A DNA stretch of 64,000 bases, taken from assembly GCA_964016885.1 (NCBI GenBank), contig OZ024744.1:36332001-36396000 (forward strand), written 5' to 3'. Position numbers and translations under genes: made by a program. The notes under the pieces were generated by a model. The model saw only the letters and a list, made by a program, of their open reading frames with translations, was not told where the DNA came from and searched no databases. Each line of letters starts with the position of its first letter. Position 1 is the stretch's first letter. Below, in pieces: positions 33,466-47,922 of the stretch. The DNA is from Eledone cirrhosa (taxonomy: Eukaryota).

Positions 33466-36400
33466 ATGGCCAATATAAGAGTTGGATGTGTGAACGTACG
33501 CGGCCTGGGGATGCCCTGGAAACAGGGCAAACTCTTAAACGACCTCAGGTCGCACAGTTTGGATGTGGTAGCCATTTGCGAGTCCAGGATCCACGGCGAG
33601 CGACAGCTGGCCCCCATCTTCGATGACTTTGAGATCTACGCATCTCTCTGTCAACCGGGGGGTGGGGGCGGAGTTGCCGTTTTGCTGCGGAAACACCTGG
33701 GCCTCGTAACACAGACGGTACATCTGGACTCGGAGGGTCGACTGGTGGTCCTAGACGTTGACGGTAGTGAAGGTGGAGCGTTCAGGCTGGTGGCCGCATA
33801 TGCCCCATCCGGGACACCGCGGCCAGACTTCTTCAAACGTCTAGAGACTTTTCTGGGAACGTCCCGCTCCTTGCTTTTAGTGGGGGACTGGAATGGAATC
33901 CTAGATGCACGTATGGACTATGTGGGAGCATGTCCCGATAAAGGGGGGTGTAACAGCCTCAAACAGTTAATCGACCGATTTGACCTGGCCGATAGATATC
34001 GACTAGATTTTCCGACTGCGCCACTGTGGACGTGGAGTAATCGTAGCGGAACATCTAGATCGTACCTAGATAGGGTTCTAGTTAGAAATAAAGATAGGGA
34101 CATGTTAAGCTGTCCACAAATGTTCATGGTTGCCTATTCAGATCACAAACTAGTGACCTGCATGGCCAACCTTGATAGAACCCATAGACAAGGACCCGGC
34201 TACTGGAAGCTGAACTTGTCGTTACCGACAAGCAAAGCCTACAGTAGACGGATTAGCACTTTAGTTAAACAGCACTTGACAGGGGCCATTGTCAACAACA
34301 GATGGTGGTACTCTCTCAAGAGGGCAGTTAGATTAGACTCGATAGCTTTTAGTAAAGAATTAGCGTTAGATAGAAATAGAACCGAGAAGGAACTGGTAGA
34401 TAAAGTAGAAGAGGCAATTAGAAGTGGCAACGTAGCCAGCGTGCTAGCAACGAGAACGGCCTTGGACCAGTTCTTCGACGCAAAGCACGAGGGCTGCGTT
34501 GTCAGAAGCAAAATACGTGCTCTGGGAAACGAGGGAGCCAAAGCTGTTAGCTGGGCCCGAGTGACGGAGGCAAAAAGTGGCAACAAGTCCACGATTCGGT
34601 CTTTGAAGGACCAAAACGGACGCGTGATACGTGAGCCGAAGCAGATGTGTGCGGCTTTTCAGTGGCACTTTGCTCGGCTGTTCGGGGGGAGCGGCGCGCC
34701 GGGAGAGGCTATGGATTTCGGTCCATACCTCGACGGCCTACCGCGACTCTCGGACAGCGAGGCGAAGTTCTGCGAAAAGCCGATTTCAGCCACTGAGATA
34801 GGGGACGCGCTGAGCCAATGCGGCAAACGCAAATCTCCAGGTCTCGACGGTCTACCCTACGAATTTTACGTAGCAATGCCGGACTTATTCTCCGGTCTCC
34901 TGGAAGCGGTCTACTGCAACTGGCAACAGAACGGGAGAATTCCCAGTTCTGTAACCGGGGGCGTGGTCACACTAATCAGGAAGGACGAGAATAAGGGGGA
35001 TGACATAGGCAACTTCCGGCCCATAACTCTGCTAAACACAGTTACAGATTTTAGCCAAGGTGTTGGCAAAGAGGCTGGCGCTTGTCGTCGAGAACCTGGT
35101 GGGAGAAGCGCAGACATGCGCAATCCCGACCAGGTCCATACACGACAACCTCCACCTCATGCGATACATCATAGAGAGGGTAGGGTGTAAACCCGGCTTC
35201 GGTGGGGCCCTGATCAACTTGGATCAGTCTAAGGCTTTTGATAGGGTTGACCATCGTTACCTGGATGCGGTGCTCGAGGCGGCAGGCTTTGGACCCGTGT
35301 TCAGGGGCTGGATTGCTGCAATGCACAACAGCAACATCTGCTCAAGGGTCAAGGTGAACGGTTACCTCTCGGAGCCGTTCCATATTACGCGATCCATTCG
35401 ACAGGGATGCCCTCTCTCCTCCCTTCTGTACGTACTGACTCTCGAGCCACTACTGCGGAAGCTGGAGCTATTGCAGGGCATCCCTCTGGAACCGGGACTG
35501 CGGAAAGCAGCATCGGCCTACGCCGACGACGTGACAGTAATGGTGTCGAGCGCCTCGCAAATCGAGGAAGTCGGCACCTTACTGAAGGAATACGAAAGTC
35601 TCACAGGAGCGAAGCTGAACCGGGACAAGTCCATCGGTTTGCAACTCGGATCGTGGAGAGGCAGACCGATGCCTTCCAATGGTGTCGTCGGACGCTGGAC
35701 GGAAGGACCGGTAAAGCTGCTCGGGGTCTGGTTTGGTCCGGACCTCCAGGTGGAGAAGAATTGGAACGAAGTGACGGCCAAGGTGTTTGCACTCACCCAG
35801 AAGTGGGCCGAGTGCAAACTATCCTTGAAAGGTCGAGCGGAGGTAGCGAACACTTTTATAGCGTCCGCCATCTACTACCGCTTGACCGTCGTGCCTTGTC
35901 CAGCCAAAACGCTCGCCAAAATGGAGCGCGCGCTCTTCCGATTCCTTTGGAAGAGGCGGGCTCCTTTGGTGATAAGATCCATCTGCTGCCAACACCCTTC
36001 TAACGGAGGGCTGGGGATGCCGTGGTTGACGATGCGCAAACACGCGCTCAGGCTGCGGCATCTCTACGTATTCCTCACCGGACAACCGGTGTGGGCCCCG
36101 TTCGTGAGGCGAGCCTTCCCACGACTCGTCTCCATGACCGAGCTGCAGTCCTGGGTCAAGCAGAGACCGAGGAAAATGGGCGACTGGCACATCGAATGTG
36201 CTCAGGCGCTCACAGCCCTCTGGCAGGCGGACCCGGAGATCAGTGGAGACTCCACTTCGTCATTCTATAGAGGGTTGGTCCGCAGCAAGTGCGACGACGC
36301 GCTCGGTGAAACTCTAGGCGTAGAGGAAGATGAACTGGCCAGTCTGTTCGGTAGGACCTTCCGCCCGGGACCGATGGACAACTTCCAAAAGTCCCTGGCC

Positions 36401-36901
36401 TGGCAGTGCTACCGAGGAGCTCTACCAGTTCGAGACAAGCTCTACAGACATGGGCGCCCGGGCAGGGACCCTGCAAAAAAGATCTGTCCGAGGTGCGTGC
36501 GAGACGAAGAAACCGTCGCGCACGCATTCATACACTGCCCGGGCGTCACTGACCTGTGGGGATATGTAGAACGACTATTGTCGCGGGTGGGACCAATCCA
36601 GTTGACCACCGAGTCCATTGTCATGATCAAACCACCACCCTCCTTCAAAAACGAAGGAGAGGCGGTTTTCCTTTGTGTGATAGCTATAGCGAAAGAGGTT
36701 GTATGGTGGACAAGGTTGAAAGGGCTGAGGTCAGACACCTTTCTCTCCGGCCAACAACTGATTCTTTTTTTCAAATACCACTTTGGAAGAAGAATCAGGA
36801 TGGAGAGAGAGGTGCTGTACCCCAACAAGTTTTATGAAAGGTGGGTGAAAGTGGCGAGAATGGCCCAAGTGAATGGGCCTTCTCTCTATATCAGCCTGTA
36901 G
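33466..36901 (+). pseudogene. T3 ORF2 (APE-RT-CCHC) with one frameshift at ~35040
   Basis: ORFs 33466-35190 and 35060-36901; all main catalytic motifs are readable. Confidence 0.94.
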
Positions 36902-37153
36902 GTTGAGGAAAAGGAGGAGGAGAGGAAAGGAGTACAAGCTCTTCGTACTCCTGGAGATGAGGGTTGCACATATTTTTCGGGGGTATGTGTTACCCATATA
37001 AACTGTCTCCCTCTATTGGGGAAAATCGACTAACTTTTAAATTCCATCTGTGATAACATTTTACACGTTTTCATTGTATGTAAACTTCCCCCTTTGTATT
37101 TGTCCCCTTCTTTTGTGCCCCTGTGGCTAATAAAGAAATATATCTATCTATCT

Positions 37154-39625
<2,472 letters not shown>

Positions 39626-39697
39626 TAAACGCGCGTCACTAACCAATAAACGTATTGAAGGCGTAACCATTCATCCCTCTATCATGATAATACTCTC

Positions 39698-39890
39698 GGC
39701 GGTGGATTGGCAGTATCGGTAGAGTGTCGGACGCCATGCTTTGACGCATAGAGTTACGGCCCTTGCCATTCTAAGTTCAAATCCCGCCGAGGTTAACTTT
39801 GCCTCTCATCCTTACGGGGTCGATAAAATAAAGTACCAGTAATGCACTGGGTAATTGCTGGCCTTGTGCCGATAGTAGAAACAATTAATA
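39698..39890 (+). mobile_element. tRNA-derived SINE (Nin/Deu-domain-like core)
   Basis: A-box-like tggcagtatcggtag, B-box gttcaaatcc, core gcct.tcatccttacggggtcgataaaataaagtaccag, (ATT) tail; multiple copies. Confidence 0.85.
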
Positions 39891-40093
39891 TAATACACTC
39901 TGTCTAGCTCTACACCTCGATACTGACGTGAACTTAAATATTGAATGCTCACCCGGGTGAACCTACAGTAATTCCACGTTCTCACCCGTCTATTTTTCAC
40001 TCCCACACTTGTACCTTCAATATTTTTATGTAAAGACATTTTTTCCAATTATATTCCGCCCGTCCCCTCAATCTATCTAATTTCTCATTCTTT

Positions 40094-40127
40094 CTTCTGA
40101 TGAAGGATTACCGTCCGAAACGTTAAG
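40094..40127 (+). ncRNA. Minimal type-I hammerhead ribozyme motif (Penelope-like-element type)
   Basis: ctt-CTGATGA-a-gga-ttaccg-tcc-GAAACGTT-aag: intact core, 3-bp helices I and II, palindromic ACGT helix III. Confidence 0.6.
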
Positions 40128-40207
40128 TCCCACTGCCTGTTATATCAAGCGTTAACCTAACATATCCTTTCCATATACTGTACCGATTGTGTTGTTATTT
40201 CTGTTTC

Positions 40208-40260
<53 letters not shown>

Positions 40261-40265
<5 letters not shown>

Positions 40266-40817
40266 AAATATGGAGAAAAATACTGCAGGTAGCGCATGGA
40301 TAACATGTAATAAAATGAGTCCCTCATCAGTGATTTGCCGAAGATCATAGATATTTCATTGCATTAAAAATCATATACCTCACGTCGGTGCAATAATAAC
40401 CAAAATAAGTTATTAGGACAATTAAAACGCGTAAAGCGAGTGAGACAGGAGAACAACAAAGAGTATAGCTAACCGTAGGGGAAAGAAACAAGCTTCAAAA
40501 ATTATTCTGTTTAGCATAAGCTAGGTGAATATATGAGCGCTTTAGAAAAAAGACCTGACACGAACGAGGGCCATGTGAGAAGAGAGAAAAATATAGCTTT
40601 CGTCGTGTACAGGATGAAGCGAAGAGAGGAGAAACAGTGAGTGAGTGAAAGTGTGAGGAAGAGCTAACTGACATGACAGAGGGGGCGAAAGAAAGTAGGA
40701 GAAACAGAGAGAATGGGGGAACAGTAAGAGAGAGAGAGAAAAACACAGAATCGCAGTTTGGGTAAATATATGTAATAAAATATGGAGAAAAATACTGCAG
40801 GTAGCGCATGGATAACA
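40261..40817. repeat. 45-bp perfect direct repeat (40261-40305 / 40773-40817)
   Basis: taataaaatatggagaaaaatactgcaggtagcgcatggataaca occurs twice. Confidence 0.9.
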
Positions 40818-41569
40818 GAAATTTACTTCGACCACATACCCCCAACGAACTTTACACGGCACACAGACATCCAATGAAATAAACTAAAGCTCAATAAATC
40901 AACTAAACCAATAACTGATTGACCTAATCAAAAATCTATGCTGCTTAACGAATCGATAATCTCGATCACACCAACAGTTAAGCCACAAGCTCAGCCAATA
41001 AATGGCCAAATAAAATGACCAATTGAAACGGAATATAAATTCACATTTAAGAAGATGAAATCACCGGCCATCTTAAGAAACCATAGGAAGAGGCGACATC
41101 ATAACTATAAATATCACTTGAAACCAAAACCAGATCAAAGCAATCCGGAAAATGTTAAAAGAGAAAATTTAAAATGAAGTAAATTCAAATCAGAAACTTA
41201 TTACAATCGAAAGAAGTATAAACATTAACTGAAAGGTTTAAAACATAACACATTAAACGTTATTGAAATATTATTTCACCCGAACTACCTCCTGTGTAAT
41301 TCTGTTCAATGGAGAACCAGAGTGTAAAACAATAGAAACAGCCACCTGAGTCATACACCTGTTTTGGGCGGAAGTGGCTAGGGGCTCTAACTCTGTCTGC
41401 TCCCGTCATCGACAATATGACGCCTACATGAGAAAATTTAGAGTACTCACTTTACAAAATGAAATGAAATATAAATATGGATTTTATATATTCAATTATT
41501 ATTAACATATTGATATGAGCATGAACCTTTACGATATGCAGTATTACCAGTAACGGACCATATAATTTC

Positions 41570-42847
41570 ATATGTATGTATGCATGCATGTGTAGATATG
41601 GATGTTATTGTATGTGTGGATCTGTATGTTTTGAGTTGTATGTGTGCATGTGTATATCCTTTGCTTCTGTACATGTGTATATGCAGTTATTAGATGCAAC
41701 ATTTTTGGAATGTTTTACATATTTTTACTGTTCCATTAATGGATTGTACTTGTAATTTCCTAACTAGTTGTGTTCTTTCTGTTCCTGTGAAGCCTAGCTT
41801 CTCAAGATTTGTATTGAGGCAGTTACTAACATATCACAGTGCCCCACTAATCACAGGCATAAATCTGAAGGTATTGTCAGGGTGGAGTATCTGCAGATTC
41901 CTTATCAGTTCTGCATAAATATTCTCCTTTCCACTAATCTTTGATATTGTATTGGCATCTGCTGGGCAGCTAATTTCCACTACTGTCCATGCTTTCTTCT
42001 CCCTGTCCCATATCATAATATCTGGTCTGTTATGCCTGCATTTTATTGGGGTTTTTACTGGAACATTCCACCAGTACTCTTTCATATTATATATGTGTAT
42101 GTCTTCCACATTGCTGTAGCTTTTAATGTGTTTATTATCGAGGCTATCTTTTTTAAGAACTGCATTGTACAGTGTTTTTGCCACTACATCATGCCTCATA
42201 GGTAGATAGTACCGCGATGATATCTTTGGAGAGCTGCTGATGTCATGGGTGATATCCTCCATGTTAGTTCTGCAGAGTCTGCACTTATTATCACATCTAG
42301 GTGCTTCACCTGCATCCCTATCGCTTTTGTGAATCAGGTATTTCGTGTTAATCTCCTGTTCATGGATTGCAAAAGTGGGAGCCAATATAGCTGTTGTTGG
42401 TCCAAGATAAACTACTTTCCTTATCTATATTACTTTCACTCTGGAGCTTCTTGGCAAAATATCAATGCATGATTTTTTGCTGATAAGCATGAAGTTTTTC
42501 ATCCATGGATTCACTGCGGTACTGCTGAGCGACATACCTGGGTGTGAGTTTTTTTTTATTATCACACGGAATATCTCTCGAGGAGTTCCTTCCCAACTCT
42601 CATGATCTTATCTGTTTCATGCAGACACACTTGCTCGAGAGACGGGCTCCTACGCTTCAAGGTTCGTAGATGTTGTCGGAGGGATATGATGCGATATTCA
42701 AATGTTTTCTGGACTGATGTTAGGCCTCGGCCTCCCTGCTTACGTTTCAAGTAAAGGCGGTCTATGTCACTGTTGATGTGGAAGTTTCCGGTATTGTTCA
42801 GTATTTTTCGAGTTCCAACATCAACTGCTCGGATTTCGTCTATCGTC
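41570..42847 (-). mobile_element. R4/Dong-like family A fragment (thumb, CCHC, RLE, part of 3' UTR)
   Basis: ORF 41834-42385 has CRLC, RHD and NRPDIMIWD..VEISCPAD..KENIY. Homologous to 1-745. The 5' junction abuts (TATG)n. Confidence 0.92.
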
Positions 42848-42950
42848 GTATGTATGTATGTATGTATGTATGTATGTATGTATGTATGTATGTATGTATG
42901 TATGTATGTATGTATGTATGTATGTATGTATGTTTGTATGTATATATATG

Positions 42951-43555
42951 TCAGGTCACCATTTGGTGCTACTGGTAACATGTATCCCAATACAACCTGT
43001 GTCATGGTCGGGTCGTTGGCGACTAAACTGGCAACCCCACCAAGGTTTCTTGGTGAGGAGGGTGACTTTGGACATCCTGCAGGACTAAAAACAAAACCTG
43101 TCAAAGGGTAAAAGAGCTCTTAAGAGTCAATGGCCATCCAAAATCACCGGGAGAGATGACCCCTTAGGTTTTGTCAAGGCAGAATTCTAGGAGAATGAAA
43201 ACTCTGATATAACACCTGCAACCCTGATGGTATCCAATGATGTTGACTTGTTCTTCTTTTTGGTAAATATCATCTTGGTTAAGAGAGTGGGACTGGCTTT
43301 GTGCAGCGCCTTTGCTCACTATAAAAGCTTCACGGCACAGGCATTGCTTTATATCTGGAGATCTCTCTGCACTTGTCGTCACATGGTACCATGGGCCCAG
43401 CACTATGTGTCAGTAATAGTCACAAGTGTAGTGTTTGTACCAGAGTTTTCAAGTCGCTGGCTGGACTAAAAAGTCACACTTGTTCAACGCATTGGTAGGG
43501 GTTCTCCTACATGGATATAAAGTAGTGGCCGTACTCGAAAACGAGTTGGCAGCCA

Positions 43556-43558
<3 letters not shown>
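42951..43558 (+). mobile_element. Non-autonomous RTE-derived element, copy c
   Basis: Colinear with copy a; followed by (TA)n. Confidence 0.85.
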
Positions 43559-43605
<47 letters not shown>

Positions 43606-43749
43606 AAGTGAGTAGCGTGTGTGTGTTTGTTTGTATGTATGAGTGTTGCTGCGCGCGCGCGTATGTATGCGTGTGTGTGCGCGCGTATGTATGCGCGTGT
43701 GTGTATGTCGTACGTAGAAGTGTCAATAAGTGAGTTTTTTTTGTTTTTT

Positions 43750-44083
43750 TTTGCGCGGGGACATAGAAATAATTGGGCTGGATGCCCGATCGCGCAGTTA
43801 AACCACTGGGAGTGAAGAACCCCTAGCCCTTGTCAGGGCATTCTTCTAGGAGAAGGCATCTCAGGAAACTGGGTTAACTCCGACATAAAACCTGCGGCTC
43901 AGTAGTTACCGATGATGTTGATCTTTTCTTCTTTTCGGGTTATAGCTACTGTCGCTCAGAGAGTGGGATTGGCTCAGTGCACAGTCTTTCCTCACTTTAA
44001 AAATATTCGTCACGCACAGGCATTGCACGAGTGCATTAATAATTATTAATAGTGTAATATTATTATTATTATTATTATTATTA
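43750..44083 (+). mobile_element. 5' UTR of the autonomous RTE element, separated from its ORF by a Tx1 insertion
   Basis: Shares ccctagcccttgtca, ttctaggagaagg, gatgatgttga, agagagtggga.tggct and gcacaggcattgc with the short RTE elements. Ends in (ATT)n, which resumes at 47864 just before the RTE ORF. Confidence 0.7.
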
Positions 44084-47000
44084 CCACATCAAGACTTTTA
44101 AAGGGGTTCCCAAAAGAAACCCCACCAACCATGGAGGTCGAACCACCCGACCTTCACAAGACCCGGGAGGTAAGTAAACCTTCCCTCTCTCTCTCTTAGC
44201 TTACCAATATGGCCATATTAAGAGTAGGAAGTTTAAATGTTCGCGGCCTGGGGTCACCCTGGAAGCAGGGTCGCCTGCTCAACGATCTCCGGTCGCTGGA
44301 AATGGATGTGATTGCCGTAAGCGAGACCAGAATTTCCGACACGCGCACACTAGCCCCCATTTTCGACGACTATCAGATCTTCGCATCTGTTAGCAGGCCG
44401 CGAATGGGGGTGGGGGGTGGGGTGGCAGTGCTGTTTAGGAAAGGACTGGATCTAGAGGTAAGGTCGATCTTCCAGGACCCGGACGGTAAGTTGGTGGTCT
44501 TGGATGTGAGCAGTAGCGAAGGTGGTGCCTTTAGACTGCTGGCCGTCTATGCCCCTACAGGGGCCGGACGACCTGACTTCTTTAGGCGTCTGGAGACCTT
44601 TCTGGGTACGTCTCGCCCTTTACTGTTAGCGGGGGCCTGGAATGGCATCTTAGACGCACGCTGGGATTGTGTGGGAGTAGCCGATAGGAGCGGGGGGTGC
44701 AAAAGCCTCAAGCACCTACTCAGCCAGTTCCAACTGTCTGACAGGTATCGACTAGATTTCCCCAATGTGCCAGTATGGACATGGACGAACCGAATGGGGT
44801 CATCTAGATCGTATATAGACAGGATCTTCATTAGGAAAATAGATAGAAATAGTGTGGGCTGTCCACTTTTTAAAACGGTTGCCTATTCAGATCACAAATT
44901 TGTGATCTGTACGGTCGACCTAGATAAAACACGTAGGTTATGACCTGGTTACTGGAAGCTGAAAATGTCATTTCCGGCACGTAAGGCTTACACGGAACGA
45001 GTCAACAATTTAGTTAAGCAAAGGTTGACAGGGGGGATCATCAACAACATATGGTGGGGGGCTCTCAAATGAGAGATTAGAGTAACTTCGATAGAGTTCA
45101 GCAAAGAACTAGCGTTAGTGAAAAATAGAAAGGAGGGGGAGCTGGTAGATAAGTTAGACGAGGCTATTTGTAGTGGCATCGCAACTGACATGCTAGCGGC
45201 GAGAATGGCATTAGACCATTTCTTCAATGCCAAACACGAATGTTGCATTGTCAGAGCTAAGGCGCGTGCGCTGAGAAACGAGGGAACTAAAGCTGTTCGA
45301 TGGGCCCACGTGGCGGAGGCGCAGCGTGGTAATAAAATCACAATTCAGTCTTTGGCGGACCGAGACGGACACGAGATAAGCGATTCCAAGCGGTTGTGTG
45401 AGTCCTTTCGCCAGCAGTTGCTCGGTTGTTCAGGGAGAGTGGCGAGTCAGAGAGAGTAGCGGATTTCAGTCCCTACCATGACGGCTTGCCGCGCATCTCG
45501 ACGGTCGACGCTGAGCGCTGCGAAAGGCCGATTACTTCAGCCGAAATTCAGGACGCCCTTGTCGGCTGCATGAGGCGTAAGTCACCCGGTTTGGATGGCC
45601 TGCCCTACGAGCTTTACGTAAATATGCCAGACTTGTTCTCCGAACTCCTCGAAGCACTTTACTGCAACTGGCAGCAGAATGGGAGTATTCCCAGTTCTGT
45701 GAGCAGGGGAGTGGTGACGCTGATAAGGAAAGACGAGAACAAGAGGGATACATTAGACAACTTCAGGCCCATAACACTGCTCAACACAGAGTTTAAGATG
45801 TTGACCAAGGTGTTAGCAAAGAGATTGGCGCTTGTCGTCGAGGATTTGGTTGGGGAGGCGCAAACTTGCGCAATCCCAGCCAGGTCCATACACGACAATC
45901 TCCACCTCATGCGATACATCATAGAGAGGGTAGGGTCTAAACCTGGCTTCGGTGGAGTACTGATCATTTTAGATCAATCGAAAGCATTCGATAGGGTCGA
46001 CCATCGGTATCTGGAGATTGTCCTCAAAGCAGCTGGCTTCGGCCCTGTCTTTAGAAGCTGGATCATTGCAATGTACAGCGGCACACGCTCGGTGGTCAAG
46101 GTTAATGGCCACCTCTCGGAACCATTTCGGCCCTCCCGATCGGTCCGTCAAGGGTGCCCTCTCTATTCCCTTCTGTACGTATTGACTCTCGAGCCTTTAC
46201 TGCGGAAGCTGGAGCTGTTGCAGGGCATCACCGTGATGGTGTCGAACACCTCAGAAATCGAGGTGGTCGGCACCTTATTGAAGGAATATGAAAGGTTGAC
46301 AGGAGCCAAACTTAACCCGGAAAAGTCGGTGGGATTGCAGCTCGGAACCTGGAGAGGCAGGCACATGCCGTCCAACAGCGTCGTGGGGCGCTGGACGGAC
46401 GGACCGGTAAAGTTGCTCCGGGTTTGGTTCGGACCAGACTTCCAGGTGGAAAAGAATTGGGACGAGGTAACGAGCAGAGTAGCCAGTCTCACCCAAAAAT
46501 GGGCTGGGAGGAAGCTATCACTGAAAGGTCGCGCGGAGTTGGCGAATGCGTACATCGTGTCCGTCATCTACTACCACCTAACCGTCGTGCCTTGCCCCCG
46601 TCCGCGCCTCGTCAAGTTGGAACGGTTCCTCTTCAAATTCTTGTGGAGGGGAAAGTTCCGTTTGTGAGGCGGTCCATCTGCTGCCAGCACCCTCTACGCG
46701 GAGGGCTGGGCATGCCGTGGCTAATGATGCGCAGACATGCGTTGAGGATGCGACATCTCCAGATATTCTGCCTCAATGGTGAACCGGTGTGGTCGCCGTT
46801 TATCAGACAGGTCTTTCCTCAGCTCATTTCTTTGACTGAGCTGCAGTCCTGGGTCAAGAAGAGACCGAGACTGAGTGACTGGCACCTGGAATGTTGCCAG
46901 GCACTCACTGCCCTCTACCAAGCGGGCAATGCGATCAGTGGAACTTCCACTCTCGAGTTCTATAGATGATTAGTGGTGGGCAAGTGCGATGACGCACTCG

Positions 47001-47863
47001 GAGAAGCTTTGGGCCTCGACGAAGTCGAACTGACCAGTCTGTACCGGAGGACTTTTGAGCCGGGGACGATGGACAATTTCCAGAAATCCCTCGTTTGGCA
47101 GTGCTACCGGGGGGCACTGCCGGTTTGGGATAAACTCTACAGGCACGGAAGTGCTGTCAGACGGACCTGCCCAAGATGCGCACAGAACGACGAAACCGTT
47201 CTACACGCACTTGTCCAATGTCCGTGCATTACTGACTTGTGGAGTTATCTCGAACAGCTACTGTCGCGTGTGGAACGAATCCGGCTATCGGCCGAGTCCA
47301 TAGTGAAGATCGAGCCGCCACCTTCCTTAGGTCAGGAAGAGCAGGAAATTTTCCTCTGTCTGGTAGCAGTTGCGAAAGAGATTATATGGAGGACCAGGTT
47401 GAAAGGACTAAAGACAGACACTATTCTCTTCGGCCAATCCCTCATCAACTTCTTCAAGTTTCACCTGGAAAGGAGGGTGAGGGTGGAGAGAGAAGTGCTG
47501 CCCCCCAGTACATTTGCTAAAAGATGGGTGAATGTGGCGAGAATGGCTCGTGTGAATGGGCCTACTCTGACCATACGCCTATAGGCTAGCTAACTTGAAG
47601 AGAGGAGTGCTCTCCCTGGGTGCCCTAGAAGCGCAGGGTGGTTCAGGATTGGTGGGGTACACGAATCACCCCAGGATCGTCCACCCCCTATCGGGGAATT
47701 TATTTTGTTATATTTATGCATAGTTTATTTTATATTTTTCTATTTTCATTGTTAGATTAGTCTTGCCATTGTGCACTTTTACTCGACCTTATTGTAAACC
47801 CCCACTGACCCTGTCTTTGTATTGTGCTCTACATGTCGGCCCTTGTGGCTAATAAATGAAATC
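44084..47863 (+). mobile_element. Tx1 copy T4, (ATT)n-inserted family; 5'-truncated within the end of ORF1
   Basis: ORF2 pieces 44209-47584 are homologous to T1-T3. AATAAA at 47851. (ATT)n on both sides. The YADD region is deleted (LQGI|TVMVS at ~46229). Confidence 0.93.
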
Positions 47864-47922
47864 ATTATTATTATTATTACTATTATTATTACTTTTTTTT
47901 TTTTTTTTTTTTTTGAAATTCA

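Larger units (their letters stand above)
31253..37140 (+). mobile_element. Tx1 copy T3 (full length, most intact)
   Basis: Open ORF1; ORF2 with a single 2-bp frameshift and YADD intact; AATAAA at 37129; ATCT repeats on both sides (short on the 3' side). Confidence 0.96.

Noticed and set aside
29100-35050. Programmed frameshift at the shared T2/T3 2-bp deletion
   Set aside because: T1 and T4 are in frame at this site, there is no slippery sequence, and it lies within a tract of near-identity best explained by shared ancestry.
22866-36997. Recurring antisense and alternate-frame ORFs within Tx1 ORF2
   Set aside because: Expected shadows of GC-rich coding sequence; recurrence reflects copy homology.
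19985-37153. Telomeric retrotransposon array (HeT-A/TART or SART/TRAS-like)
   Set aside because: The spacer is ATCT, not TTAGGG/TTAGG, and ordinary interspersed DNA lies on both sides.
39698-39790. tRNA genes at SINE heads
   Set aside because: A and B boxes are present but there is no complete cloverleaf, and each is followed by a SINE core and tail.
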